A stretch of 32,000 nucleotides of DNA from Idiomarina loihiensis L2TR (GCF_000008465.1 NC_006512.1:2670001-2702000), one strand, 5' to 3'; positions 15,778 through 25,194 are shown, numbered from the stretch's first letter. Numbers and translations: made by a program. The notes: generated by a model from the letters alone, not told the origin.

Positions 15778-16614
15778 CTAACTTTCGAAGCTAAAAGCCC
15801 GCACCCAGACATCGACTGTCAGCTGTAAAGAGCTGTGAGCCTCGGCACGTTCACGGCCCTCGGCACTGCTACGGTAGAGGTGTGGTGTCATGGTAAGTAG
15901 GTTTTGAACAGCCTGGTTATTATTCAGTTCAAATTGGAAAGTCACACGCTGCTCTGATGCTAAAGACCAGTATTCTGAGTTTACAGGCAGGTTATCTGAC
16001 TTTGTTTTTATCTCAGAATAAATAATAGCTTTTAGCTCTTTTAGGTGATCACCTGCAGGGTCTACCATAATCAGCCGCCCGCCGGGCTTTAGAACCCGCT
16101 TAAATTCAGCTTCAACAGGAAAGCCAAACACGCACAAAATGGTATCGACACTGTTATCGTCCAGTGGAATAGAATTATTGGAAGCGACCATCCAGCTGAG
16201 GCGTTTATCGCGTTTTGCCGCAGCCTGCACTGCCCATTTTGAAATATCCAGAGCGGCCACGCTTAAATCAGTACCGTTTTGTACCGCCTGCTCAACCAGG
16301 TAACGTAGGTAGTAGCCTTCGCCGCAACCGGCATCGAGCACAGCCTGCTCACCCTGTGCTAACACAGTATCTGCCAGAACCTGCGCCAGTGGTTCATAAT
16401 AACCCTGTTCCAGAAACTCCCTCCGTGCCTGCACCATAGCTTTGCTGTCGCCGGGGTCTTTAGAGCGCTTATTCTGCACCGGCAACAAATTCACGTAGCC
16501 CTGTTTAGCCACATCATAGCTATGACCATTTTCACAACGCCAGCTGCCATCCACCAACTGCAAAGGTGACTGCTCTATTGGGCAACGTAAGGCGGACATT
16601 TTTGTTATTGGCAT
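15778..16614 (-). CDS. rlmA: 23S rRNA (guanine745-N1)-methyltransferase RlmA
   Basis: Colinear with E. coli RlmA as I recall it: YDVAKQGYVNLLPVQNKRSKDPGDSKAMVQARREFL and LDAGCGEGYY (SAM motif). The track ORF (to 16695) is trimmed because its 5' extension runs through the S46 terminator. Start is either ATG 16612-16614 or, more like E. coli, ATG 16597-16599 (MSALRCP). Confidence 0.85.
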   Translation of the reverse strand: MPITKMSALRCPIEQSPLQLVDGSWRCENGHSYDVAKQGYVNLLPVQNKRSKDPGDSKAMVQARREFLEQGYYEPLAQVLADTVLAQGEQAVLDAGCGEGYYLRYLVEQAVQNGTDLSVAALDISKWAVQAAAKRDKRLSWMVASNNSIPLDDNSVDTILCVFGFPVEAEFKRVLKPGGRLIMVDPAGDHLKELKAIIYSEIKTKSDNLPVNSEYWSLASEQRVTFQFELNNNQAVQNLLTMTPHLYRSSAEGRERAEAHSSLQLTVDVWVRAFSFES

Positions 16615-16681
16615 ACCATCTACTTTTACAACGCTATTTTGCGACCATCTTATTCTTCCTGGTCGCCTTCTGCCAGTACAA

Positions 16682-16721
16682 CAAAAAACCACCACCGCTA
16701 AAAATTAACGATGGTGGTTTT
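16682..16721 (-). terminator. Rho-independent terminator of the S46 peptidase gene
   Basis: AAACCACCA (16686-16694) pairs with TGGTGGTTT (16712-16720). On the minus strand the stem is followed by TTTTTTGT. Confidence 0.6.
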
Positions 16722-16747
16722 GCTATAGCTAATACGTTAAATAATAA

Positions 16748-18913
16748 CTACTGGCTTGTACTGACACCTAACTCACGCAATACGTTATCTGCGTGATCAA
16801 CATACTGCATTTGCCACAGCATATAGCGAGTATCCACCTGAATAGAACGGGTGTTCTCCAGGTTGAAATCCCAATCGGAAATAATGGAATCCAGCGTGCC
16901 GTCAAAAGCTAGGCCGACGAACTCGCCTTTATGGTTCAGAACCGCAGAACCTGAATTACCACCGGTAATATCCAAAGTCGCCAGGTAGTTCACAGGTACA
17001 GAATTTAAATCCACTTTCTCATAAGGACCGAAGTCACCCGCTTCAATCGCCTTCAGTTGTTCTTCCGGCGCATTAAACTCCCCTTCACCAGTGGCTTTTT
17101 CTGTTACACCACGCAAGGTAGTAAAAGGTGCCCAGGCATTACCGTCTTCGGTACCATGGTCGCGGCCTGCAACGTTACCGTAAGTAATTCTCAGCGTGCT
17201 GTTCGCATCAGGGTACACCGCCTCTCCTTTACTTTGCATAAAGGCAATTTTTGCGCGCATGTAGTCAGCGTAGGCTTGCTGAATTTTACCGGAAAGCTCT
17301 TCGCTCTTTTTCTCATCTTCTAAATCGGAAGGATAAAGTGCGACAGCGGCTTTAACGAACGGATCTTCGCTTTGCTCAAACTGTTCCGGGTCAAATTCCA
17401 ACAACGCCATACGGTTATCTCGGTCAAGTAAACTAGTGCTTTCATACCAACCATCAATTAACGCGCTTAACTCGTCGTTGCTCATGCCATCACGCAGACC
17501 CATAGCTTTATCGAAAGCGGCATCGCGCTCTGACTTAGGCTGTGCCATGTAGCTGCTCAGATTGTGCAGATCTAATGCCTTCTCAACCTTAGCGTCAAAA
17601 TTTCTGTCCATACCGGCCAGGTATGACTGGAAGCGCGGAACATCACGCTCCTGATAACCAGCTTTGCGTTCGGCGTCTGGTTTGGTGCCTTCCTGAGCCA
17701 AACGGTGCACAGCGCGCGCAACAGAAAGCAAACGCGGCGTTGCATTATTTAGCTGGTAATCAGCACGACTTTTCTTATGGCGCTGCTGTAGCAACGTATC
17801 AATGGTATTAAGCCCATCGGCATACAACGCTTTTTTCGTGCGGTCGCTGTTTACCCACTCAGTCAGCTCTTTATGTTCCTGTTGCTTACGTTCCAGCAAG
17901 TCGCTGTTCGCAAAGCTGTCCAGCATACCCTGACGGTTTTTCAGGTAATTGTTCAGGCCGGCAACACGGCTGGCGTATTTGAGCTCCGCATCTTTATCGT
18001 CGGCTGTTTCCCGGGCAATAATGTCCAGTGAATCCTGAAACTGTTCAACTGTTTTAGGATAGCTCCATTCAAAGGTTTCTTTTACTTCAGACGGCAGCCG
18101 GTGGCGGTTCGTGCGGCCCGGATAACCCAGGGCCATAACAAAGTCACCTTCTTCCAGGCCTTCACTGGCTATCGTTAAGTGGTAATCCGGTTTATAAGGT
18201 ACGTTGTCTTCACTGTAATCCGCTGATTCACCTTCCGGGCTGACATAAGCGCGTAAAAAGCTGTAGTCGCCAGTGTGACGTGGCCACATCCAGTTATCGG
18301 TGTCGCCGCCAAATTTGCCCACACCGCTTGCCGGTGCGTGGACTAAGCGAACATCCTTAATTTCCAGTTGCTTAATAAGGTAATACTCGAGGCTGCCGTA
18401 GTATGCAGCTACCGTGCAACGATGCCCTTCGTCCTCTTCACACTCTGCTACCAAAGCTTTCTGATTATCTTCTATTGCGTCCAGACGCGCTTTGCCCGTT
18501 AACTCGGTTACCTTGGCATCAATCACCTTATTAGTGACGTCATCGACCGCTTTGGTCACAAAAATGCGGCTGCCCGGTGCCGCAGGCACTTCTGCATCTA
18601 AACCCTTGGCTAAAAAGCCATTAGCGAGCAAGTCGTTCTCTGGTGTAGAGTTATGAGCAATGCTGTTGTAAGCGCAATGATGGTTCGTTGCTACTAAGCC
18701 TTCTGGTGACACAAACGAGGCCGAACATCCGCCCAGGCTAACAATGGCAGCAGCGGGGAACTCAGTTAATTTAGAAATATCATTAGGGTCAATAGTCAGA
18801 CCTGCCGCCTTCAGCTTATCGGCAATTTCCGGTAACTGTTTGGGCATCCACATACCTTCGTCGGCTGCCGCAAAACAGCTGACTACAGACAAAGCAATCA
18901 ATAACTTTTTCAT
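16748..18913 (-). CDS. S46-family dipeptidyl-peptidase (DPP7/DAP BII-like)
   Basis: 721 aa. Signal peptide then the DEGMWMP start typical of S46. Catalytic His context ATNHHC and Ser context TGGNSGSAVLN. Confidence 0.9.
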   Translation of the reverse strand: MKKLLIALSVVSCFAAADEGMWMPKQLPEIADKLKAAGLTIDPNDISKLTEFPAAAIVSLGGCSASFVSPEGLVATNHHCAYNSIAHNSTPENDLLANGFLAKGLDAEVPAAPGSRIFVTKAVDDVTNKVIDAKVTELTGKARLDAIEDNQKALVAECEEDEGHRCTVAAYYGSLEYYLIKQLEIKDVRLVHAPASGVGKFGGDTDNWMWPRHTGDYSFLRAYVSPEGESADYSEDNVPYKPDYHLTIASEGLEEGDFVMALGYPGRTNRHRLPSEVKETFEWSYPKTVEQFQDSLDIIARETADDKDAELKYASRVAGLNNYLKNRQGMLDSFANSDLLERKQQEHKELTEWVNSDRTKKALYADGLNTIDTLLQQRHKKSRADYQLNNATPRLLSVARAVHRLAQEGTKPDAERKAGYQERDVPRFQSYLAGMDRNFDAKVEKALDLHNLSSYMAQPKSERDAAFDKAMGLRDGMSNDELSALIDGWYESTSLLDRDNRMALLEFDPEQFEQSEDPFVKAAVALYPSDLEDEKKSEELSGKIQQAYADYMRAKIAFMQSKGEAVYPDANSTLRITYGNVAGRDHGTEDGNAWAPFTTLRGVTEKATGEGEFNAPEEQLKAIEAGDFGPYEKVDLNSVPVNYLATLDITGGNSGSAVLNHKGEFVGLAFDGTLDSIISDWDFNLENTRSIQVDTRYMLWQMQYVDHADNVLRELGVSTSQ

Positions 18914-19042
18914 AGTATCTCTTCTGTTAATTGTTAGGGAGGGAACAATAAACTCTGATAAAAGCTATAGTTATAGTCTTGCCGAAACTTGTCAATAATC
19001 AGACAAGTAATGTTACAAAATAACAGTGTCAAAATTTAGGCA

Positions 19043-19070
19043 CAAAAAAGGCCGTGCAAAAGCACAGCCT
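19043..19070 (-). terminator. Rho-independent terminator of the TonB-dependent receptor 19094-21253
   Basis: An 8-bp stem (19050-19057 / 19062-19069) that is fully paired only on the minus-strand RNA (one G-U pair), with a 4-nt loop, followed by a U-run (plus-strand AAAAAA at 19044-19049). Confidence 0.7.
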
Positions 19071-19093
19071 CTTACAAGTAAAGCTTGCTGTTT

Positions 19094-21253
19094 TTACCAA
19101 GCGTATTTAACACTCAGTTCCACATTGCGCGGAGCACCGAAAAAGCCCTGATTATAAAAGTCGATGCTGGAATAGTACTTTTTATCAAACAGGTTGTTGA
19201 CGTTAAAGCTCAGATCCCAGTTTTGGCTTAACTTATAGTTAGCCATGGCATTCACAACGGTATAGCTGTCCTGAATAAAGGTTTCGCCATTTGGGCCTAT
19301 ATTCGGGTTAGACGATATTTTGCTCTGCCAGTTGGCGTTCACACCGACTTTCAATGCATCTGTGGCAGTATAAAGTACGCTGGCTTTCACCATGTCTTCG
19401 GGTAAATAAGGCGCATAGTCTGAACCATCACGATCTTCCGACTCGTTGTGCGTATAACTGAAGAAAATATTCAGTGAATCGGTTGGCTTACCATTTAACT
19501 CAAACTCATAACCTTCACTCTCGGCACCATCGACTCCAATAGAAGGGCGAATAGTCGTACCTGGCAGGAAGTCCGCATTATTGGGGTCACTAATTGCAAG
19601 GTTATCTTCTTTCACTTTAAAGACGGCAACACTGGCTGTTAAAGCTTCATTAAAGAAGTCGCCTTTAACGCCCAATTCTGCGTTTGAACCTTCCACCGGA
19701 CCGATGAGTTCATTGTCTGCATTTCGCGCGCTTTGAGGTTTAAAAATTTCCGTGTAGCTGGCATAGGTTGAAATAACGTCTGTGACATCATAAACCAGCC
19801 CGAAATAAGGGGTGTTAACGCCTGAGTTTTTATAATCGCTTGGCGACCACGGTGATTGTACAAAGGTATCGTAGGTTGTAATTCTATTGCCTAGAATAGC
19901 AGTTAAGTCATCCGTTAAACTCAATTGAGCTGCAGCGTATACCCCTTTTTGTTTATATGATTCATAAGTTCCATAAGCGGGAGTGTCGCTAAAGTTAATG
20001 GGATCGACTCCATTCCCCCAGTCAAACAAACTAGGAACGTCTATGGCGTCAGCACTGCTATAAGAAACGGAATCAACATTTTGTTCAGAACTCAAAGCAC
20101 CAGCGGTTAATTGGTGCTCACGACCAAATAGCTCGAAAGGACCTGACGCCAAAAAGCGATATGACGTTTGCTCACGTTCAGCAACATAATGATTTGGTGA
20201 GGGTTGAAAGTCGGAATTTGGAGTCTTACCTGTCGTCTTATCGGGGAAGAATTCAAAGTACAGCAAATACCCGTCCATATCATCTTTACGACGCTCAACA
20301 TCCAGTTGAATATCCCAGCCGTTATCAAAAGCATGCTCTAACTGAACGAATACACTAGTACTTTCTCTATCCCATCGATTCCAAGTCGATGCTGTCGTTG
20401 TACTAACTGGCAAATCATCAGCCTGCGTACCATCGTCATAAAACAGAGGCAGTGCGCCCCACATACTTCCTTTGGGGTTACGCTCGCTATAATCAGCACC
20501 CATGGTTAAACGCGTTTGTGTCGTTAAATCAGCAGTTACAACGGCATAGATTTGCGCGTTTTCTTTTTCGGACAAATTGACGTAACTGTCACCTTCTTCA
20601 TAGGCAAGCGCAACACGTCCTTTTACGTTTCCATCCTCAGACAAAGTTTGAGAGTGATCAGCTTCTAATCTGTAATTACTCCACGAGCCAATCCCCAGGC
20701 TCGCATAACCACCATCTTCCGCTTTAGGGCGCTTACGAATAAGGTTAATGGCAGCAGAAGGTTCGCCGACACCGGTTAACAAACCCGTAGCGCCACGCAC
20801 AATTTCAACGCGTTCAAAAATAACGGAGTCCGCCAATGCTTCACTAAAGAAGCTGTTGTACGCAATAGGCACACCGTCAAACTGGAAGTTGGTCACATCG
20901 CGGCCACGGGCACGGAAGAAAAATCGGTCAGTTTCGGCCTGTTGCGCCTGAATACCCGGTGCAAACTGCATCACATCGGCAACCGTATCGAGTGAGAAGC
21001 TGTCTATAAAGGTGCGGTCAATAATTGAAATCGACTGTGGAGTCTGACGCAGTGTTAGCGGCAGCCCTGTTGCAGTAGTCGCCTGATCTAAAGAACTGCC
21101 GGTAACCTTAATGTGTTCAAAAATCTTTTCCTGCGTTCCCGCTTTTTCTTTGTTTTCTTCAGCAGAAGCTTCGTTTTGTGCGGCTACAGCAGCGGAGCTT
21201 AACAGCGCGGATGCTACCGCTGTGGCTATGAAATTTCTGGCAAATGCCTTCAT
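19094..21253 (-). CDS. TonB-dependent siderophore receptor
   Basis: Track ORF trimmed to Met17 (MKAFARNFIATAVASALLSSAAVAA signal peptide; GGGAGG RBS 6 nt upstream of ATG 21251-21253). Plug motifs: TLRQTPQSISIIDR, RARGRDVTNFQFDGVPI, and VEIVRGATGLLTG. C-terminal aromatic residue (KYAW). Confidence 0.9.
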   Translation of the reverse strand: MKAFARNFIATAVASALLSSAAVAAQNEASAEENKEKAGTQEKIFEHIKVTGSSLDQATTATGLPLTLRQTPQSISIIDRTFIDSFSLDTVADVMQFAPGIQAQQAETDRFFFRARGRDVTNFQFDGVPIAYNSFFSEALADSVIFERVEIVRGATGLLTGVGEPSAAINLIRKRPKAEDGGYASLGIGSWSNYRLEADHSQTLSEDGNVKGRVALAYEEGDSYVNLSEKENAQIYAVVTADLTTQTRLTMGADYSERNPKGSMWGALPLFYDDGTQADDLPVSTTTASTWNRWDRESTSVFVQLEHAFDNGWDIQLDVERRKDDMDGYLLYFEFFPDKTTGKTPNSDFQPSPNHYVAEREQTSYRFLASGPFELFGREHQLTAGALSSEQNVDSVSYSSADAIDVPSLFDWGNGVDPINFSDTPAYGTYESYKQKGVYAAAQLSLTDDLTAILGNRITTYDTFVQSPWSPSDYKNSGVNTPYFGLVYDVTDVISTYASYTEIFKPQSARNADNELIGPVEGSNAELGVKGDFFNEALTASVAVFKVKEDNLAISDPNNADFLPGTTIRPSIGVDGAESEGYEFELNGKPTDSLNIFFSYTHNESEDRDGSDYAPYLPEDMVKASVLYTATDALKVGVNANWQSKISSNPNIGPNGETFIQDSYTVVNAMANYKLSQNWDLSFNVNNLFDKKYYSSIDFYNQGFFGAPRNVELSVKYAW

Positions 21254-21273
21254 GAATCGCCTCCCTACCAAAT

Positions 21274-21322
21274 CATTGTAAATGAGAATTGTTCGCAACA
21301 CATTGTATTTGATAATTGTTCG
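21274..21322. promoter_or_regulatory. Two tandem Fur-box-like elements in the divergent receptor / PepSY promoter
   Basis: CATTGTAAATGAGAATTGTTCG (21274-21295) and CATTGTATTTGATAATTGTTCG (21301-21322) are 19/22 identical and 27 nt apart. They contain GATAAT/GAGAAT hexamers typical of Fur sites. Confidence 0.5.
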
Positions 21323-21364
21323 TATTTACAATATCATTTCGGAAAATTTCTCGGGGGAGTTCGA

Positions 21365-22510
21365 ATGACACAAAGGCAATGGTTTAAATTACATGGGTGG
21401 TGCTCGCTGCCAATATGGATCCTGTTTTGCTTTATCTGCATTACCGGTACCATCGCCGTATTCAGTCACGAGCTAACCTGGTTGTTCAACGAAAATGCGC
21501 GCGCGGTTAATCCCGAGAATTTGCCAGCTCAGCCAATTTCCGAGCTAGTTGCTACCGTTAAAGACCAGTTTCCAACGGCCAACGTTACGACGGTAATGAC
21601 TTTTGAGCCTTATATTATTAACGCTGTCGTTTTCTCTGATGAAAACATCCCGATGGGCATTGCCTATGTAAACCAGTACACCGGCGAAATTCAGGAAGTT
21701 AATCAGGGCATCACTTTTATTAACTTTATGCGCTCACTGCATAGCTGGTTGCTATTCCCCTGGCAAGACGGCTACAGCGTTGGTTATTACCTGGTTTCGG
21801 CCATGTCCTTTGTCATGATTGGCGCTCTGGTTACCGGCCTGGTCATTTATAAAAGGTTCTGGCGCGCTTACTCGCAACCTAAAATTCGTGCCAAGCAAGG
21901 CAAAAAAACCCTTTTAACCGACTTACACAAGCACGGCGGCGCCTGGTCCATCTGGTTCCTCATTGTTATGAGTTTAACTGGCCTCTGGTACTTTACTCAG
22001 CAAGTGCTCTGGCACGCAGACATTGATATTGAAGAACACGCTCCGCTGGTTGAAGTATCTGACATTCCTATGGGAGAAAAAGCACAGGCTCCGGTGTCTT
22101 TTGAAGACGCTTTGCTTATAGCGGAGCAGCGCTTCCCTGATATCCGCCCCAGCTTCATTATGATGCCTGAGCATAACCGTGACATGTTCAAAATTATGGG
22201 CGGCGGCAACTTCATTTTCTACGACCAATACTCTTACCGGCTGGATATTAACCCGTGGAATGGTGAGATAGCGCGAGCCGTTTCGCCCGACAATATGAAT
22301 ACCGTGCAAACCATTCAGCATATTGTTGATCCGCTGCACTACGGCACTATTGGCGGTATCTGGACTAAAGCTATCTGGTTTATTTTTGGACTTATTTTGT
22401 CGGCCATGTCCATTACCGGATTTTTGATTTGGGGTTCTCGCACAGTGAAAGCGGCAAAAGCCAAACGCACACCGCTGCAAGAGTCGTTACAGAATGAAGG
22501 AGCTAACTAA
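21365..22510 (+). CDS. Full-length PepSY-associated TM protein (FoxB/PiuB-like putative siderophore/ferric reductase)
   Basis: 381 aa. WFKLHGWCSLPIWILFCFICITG, LHSWLLFPW, and LHKHGGAWSIWFLIVMSLTGLWYF helices with conserved His. GGGGAG RBS. Confidence 0.75.
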   Translation: MTQRQWFKLHGWCSLPIWILFCFICITGTIAVFSHELTWLFNENARAVNPENLPAQPISELVATVKDQFPTANVTTVMTFEPYIINAVVFSDENIPMGIAYVNQYTGEIQEVNQGITFINFMRSLHSWLLFPWQDGYSVGYYLVSAMSFVMIGALVTGLVIYKRFWRAYSQPKIRAKQGKKTLLTDLHKHGGAWSIWFLIVMSLTGLWYFTQQVLWHADIDIEEHAPLVEVSDIPMGEKAQAPVSFEDALLIAEQRFPDIRPSFIMMPEHNRDMFKIMGGGNFIFYDQYSYRLDINPWNGEIARAVSPDNMNTVQTIQHIVDPLHYGTIGGIWTKAIWFIFGLILSAMSITGFLIWGSRTVKAAKAKRTPLQESLQNEGAN

Positions 22511-22980
22511 TGGCACGCCGTAAAAATACCTTCTGGAACCGAAATAAATTTAAGCTCAGTGGCTTAATTCTTATTCTGCCCTTTTACTTTTTATATGAGC
22601 AGTTGCAGCCACCTGAATTCCCTCCTGTCTGGGATGAAAAGGCCGCAGGCCCATTTAAAGTGGCCTTGCAACCAGCCAATAATGACGCGCCTTACGCACA
22701 TCATGAAGACTGGGTAAAAGACTTTTCAGCGTACGTTAACGAAGGAAAAGTCAGAGATATTCGTCAGGGTTACGTGAACATTGGCGAGGAGCCAATTGCT
22801 ATTGAAGAACTGCAACAAGATGATGTCGGCATTTTGCACGGCAGTGAGTTATTGCAGCACGTACATGCTATAGCGCCACAAAAACTCAATTCACAACAGC
22901 GCGTTTGGGTCACTTTGCAAACCTGGAATGGTGACGTTCATCAAGCTCATTGGGAACTTCCCGAAACTTGGGTGAAATAA
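22510..22980 (+). CDS. Hypothetical membrane-anchored, His-rich periplasmic protein
   Basis: 156 aa. Basic N-terminus plus one helix (LSGLILILPFYFLY). Seven His residues in clusters (AHHED, LHGSELLQHVH, VHQAH). An AAGGAG RBS lies 7 nt upstream. The ATG overlaps the PepSY stop by 1 nt (TAATG). I recognised no family. Confidence 0.6.
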   Translation: MARRKNTFWNRNKFKLSGLILILPFYFLYEQLQPPEFPPVWDEKAAGPFKVALQPANNDAPYAHHEDWVKDFSAYVNEGKVRDIRQGYVNIGEEPIAIEELQQDDVGILHGSELLQHVHAIAPQKLNSQQRVWVTLQTWNGDVHQAHWELPETWVK

Positions 22981-22990
22981 CACTTTAAAC

Positions 22991-23009
22991 GCGAATCGTT
23001 TTCATTTAG
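22991..23009. promoter_or_regulatory. Weak Fur-box-like element upstream of receptor 23053-25194
   Basis: The reverse complement CTAAATGAAAACGATTCGC matches 11 of 19 Fur consensus positions. The surrounding 22-mer is 18/22 identical to the element at 812-833. Confidence 0.4.
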
Positions 23010-23052
23010 AATTCCCGTCAATTTAGATCGCATCTAATATTCGAGGGGAATC

Positions 23053-25194
23053 ATGAACATTCAAAAGACTGTATTGGCGGCTAGCATCCTGGCCGCTTTA
23101 GCTTCCACCAGCAGCTACGCACAAGAAGAAAAACAAGAGAAAACTCAAGAAGAGATGATGGAAACCATCAATGTCAGCTCTCGCGGACTTATCTCTTACG
23201 TTAGTGCCACCGGTTCCAAATCTGATACACCCATTATTGAAACGCCTTTATCGGTTTCGGTTCTTACCGAAGCTCGTATCCAGGACTTAGGCGCCGTTAC
23301 TGTGCAGGACGCTATTGGTTATGTAGCGGGCTTATACAACGGTCCATTTGGTGTTGATACTCGCGGCGATTGGGCAAAAATTCGAGGTGTTAGTCCAGTT
23401 CAATACCTTGATGGCCTTAAATCTCTGTTTGGTAACTACAACAACGTTCGCGTTAATCCTTATTCCCTCGGTCAAATTGAAGTTCTGAAAGGACCTAGCT
23501 CTGTTCTTTACGGACAAGGTTCTACCGGCGGCATTATTAACTTAGTGAGTAAACGTCCGAAGGCAGAAACTGAAGGTCAGTTCTGGGCTCAATTGGGTAA
23601 CTACTCCCGTAAGCAAGTTGCCGGCGATATTACTGGTGCATTGAACGATGATGCTTCATTAACCGGCCGCTTTGTTGGCTTATACCGCGACAGCGATACG
23701 CAAACCGATTACGTTCCGGATAACAGCCTGGTACTAAACCCGTCATTGAGCTGGCATGCCTCTGAAGACACAAAAATTACCTTAATTGGCAACATTCAGC
23801 GCAATGAGTCCGGCTCGAGCACGCAATTTTTCCCGTGGCAGGGAACCTTATTGCCGAACGAATTTGGCCAAATTGACAGCTCCACTTTTGTGTCAGAACC
23901 AGGTTTTGATAAATACGATACGGAACAAGACGCGCTAACAGCCATTGTTGAGCATGATATTAACTTGGACTGGCGCATAAAGTTTGCTGGCCGCTATAGC
24001 GACAGCAGCGCCGATTACAATACCATGTATGGATGGCCACCTGTTTTTGGTCCAGATGACCGCTCGGTTAGCCGAATATCGTCGTTATATCGTGCCAATG
24101 CCAGAACCTGGACCGGCGATGTTCAAATTCATGGAAACATTGTCAGCGGTGCAATTGAGCACGACGTGGTTTTTGGAGTCGACTATCAAGATGCGTACAC
24201 GGATAACGATGCCGATAGAGATACTGTTACACGAACAAATCAACGAAACGCTCTAGATTTATATGATCCCATATACGGTCAGGCGACCGATCTACCGACA
24301 GAAGCAGATCTCGTTGACCTTCCTTCTCTCACCACTCATCAAATCGGAATTTACGTTCAGGACAACTTACGCATACATGATAAGTGGCTTATTTCTGCAG
24401 CGTTACGTCGTGACCGTGCAACTAATAACCCGGAAGATAGCCTGGCAACAGACCAATACGCAACAACCGGTCGCTTAGGTTTTATGTATCTGATGGACGG
24501 TGGTTTATCACCTTACCTCAGCTATAGCGAGTCATTTTCTCCGGTCATTGGCCGAAACGCCTACGACAACCCGTTCGTGCCTTTGGAAGGCAGGCAGTGG
24601 GAGGCCGGTATGAAGTTTCAGCCCCAGGGTACAGAACATTTATTTACGGCTTCAGCCTATCGCATTACCGAGAAAAACCGTAAAAACCCGAATAACGACG
24701 GCAGTGCACCATTTCCAGATCGCCAAATTCAGGTTGGAGAAGTTGAAATCGAAGGGGTAGAGCTGGAGGCTCAGCTGGCTTGGGACTCTCTTGATGTTTA
24801 TGCCAGCTACGCGCACACCGATGCAGCTATAAGCGAAAGCAGCGAGCCAACTGAAGTCGGTAAGCCTTTATCCGCAACACCGGACCATCAAGCATCTATC
24901 TGGACCACGTACCGGCCAGATAATTGGAACGGCTTTAAGATTGGTGCCGGTGCGCGTTATGTCGGTAATACTTCCGACGGTTATGTAACCTTTAGTGGCA
25001 ATCAGCTGCACTTAGAAACTCCGAGCTACACTGTCTTTGACGCTATGATCGGATACGACTGGGATAACTACAGTTTGAGCCTGGATGTGGACAACCTGAC
25101 CGACAAAACCGTATTAACCTCGTGCTTGTCTCGTGGCGATTGTTTTTACGGACAGCAACGCACGATTATGGCGAACTTCCGTTATAACTTTTAA
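23053..25194 (+). CDS. TonB-dependent siderophore receptor (FhuA/hydroxamate-like)
   Basis: 713 aa. Signal peptide, ETINVSS TonB-box-like segment, plug motifs (TPLSVSVLT, IRGVSPVQYLDGL, IEVLKGPSSVLYGQGSTGGIINLVSKRP), and a C-terminal FRYNF. Confidence 0.9.
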   Translation: MNIQKTVLAASILAALASTSSYAQEEKQEKTQEEMMETINVSSRGLISYVSATGSKSDTPIIETPLSVSVLTEARIQDLGAVTVQDAIGYVAGLYNGPFGVDTRGDWAKIRGVSPVQYLDGLKSLFGNYNNVRVNPYSLGQIEVLKGPSSVLYGQGSTGGIINLVSKRPKAETEGQFWAQLGNYSRKQVAGDITGALNDDASLTGRFVGLYRDSDTQTDYVPDNSLVLNPSLSWHASEDTKITLIGNIQRNESGSSTQFFPWQGTLLPNEFGQIDSSTFVSEPGFDKYDTEQDALTAIVEHDINLDWRIKFAGRYSDSSADYNTMYGWPPVFGPDDRSVSRISSLYRANARTWTGDVQIHGNIVSGAIEHDVVFGVDYQDAYTDNDADRDTVTRTNQRNALDLYDPIYGQATDLPTEADLVDLPSLTTHQIGIYVQDNLRIHDKWLISAALRRDRATNNPEDSLATDQYATTGRLGFMYLMDGGLSPYLSYSESFSPVIGRNAYDNPFVPLEGRQWEAGMKFQPQGTEHLFTASAYRITEKNRKNPNNDGSAPFPDRQIQVGEVEIEGVELEAQLAWDSLDVYASYAHTDAAISESSEPTEVGKPLSATPDHQASIWTTYRPDNWNGFKIGAGARYVGNTSDGYVTFSGNQLHLETPSYTVFDAMIGYDWDNYSLSLDVDNLTDKTVLTSCLSRGDCFYGQQRTIMANFRYNF

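Noticed and set aside
16615-16695. N-terminal extensions of track ORFs: rlmA to 16695, csp to 2772, the receptor to 21301, DUF1415 to 4989, and the HTH protein to 30089.
   Set aside because: The extensions run through a terminator (rlmA) or lack an RBS. Internal Met codons have well-spaced Shine-Dalgarno sequences and give N-termini matching the families, such as signal peptides or MSEKITG.
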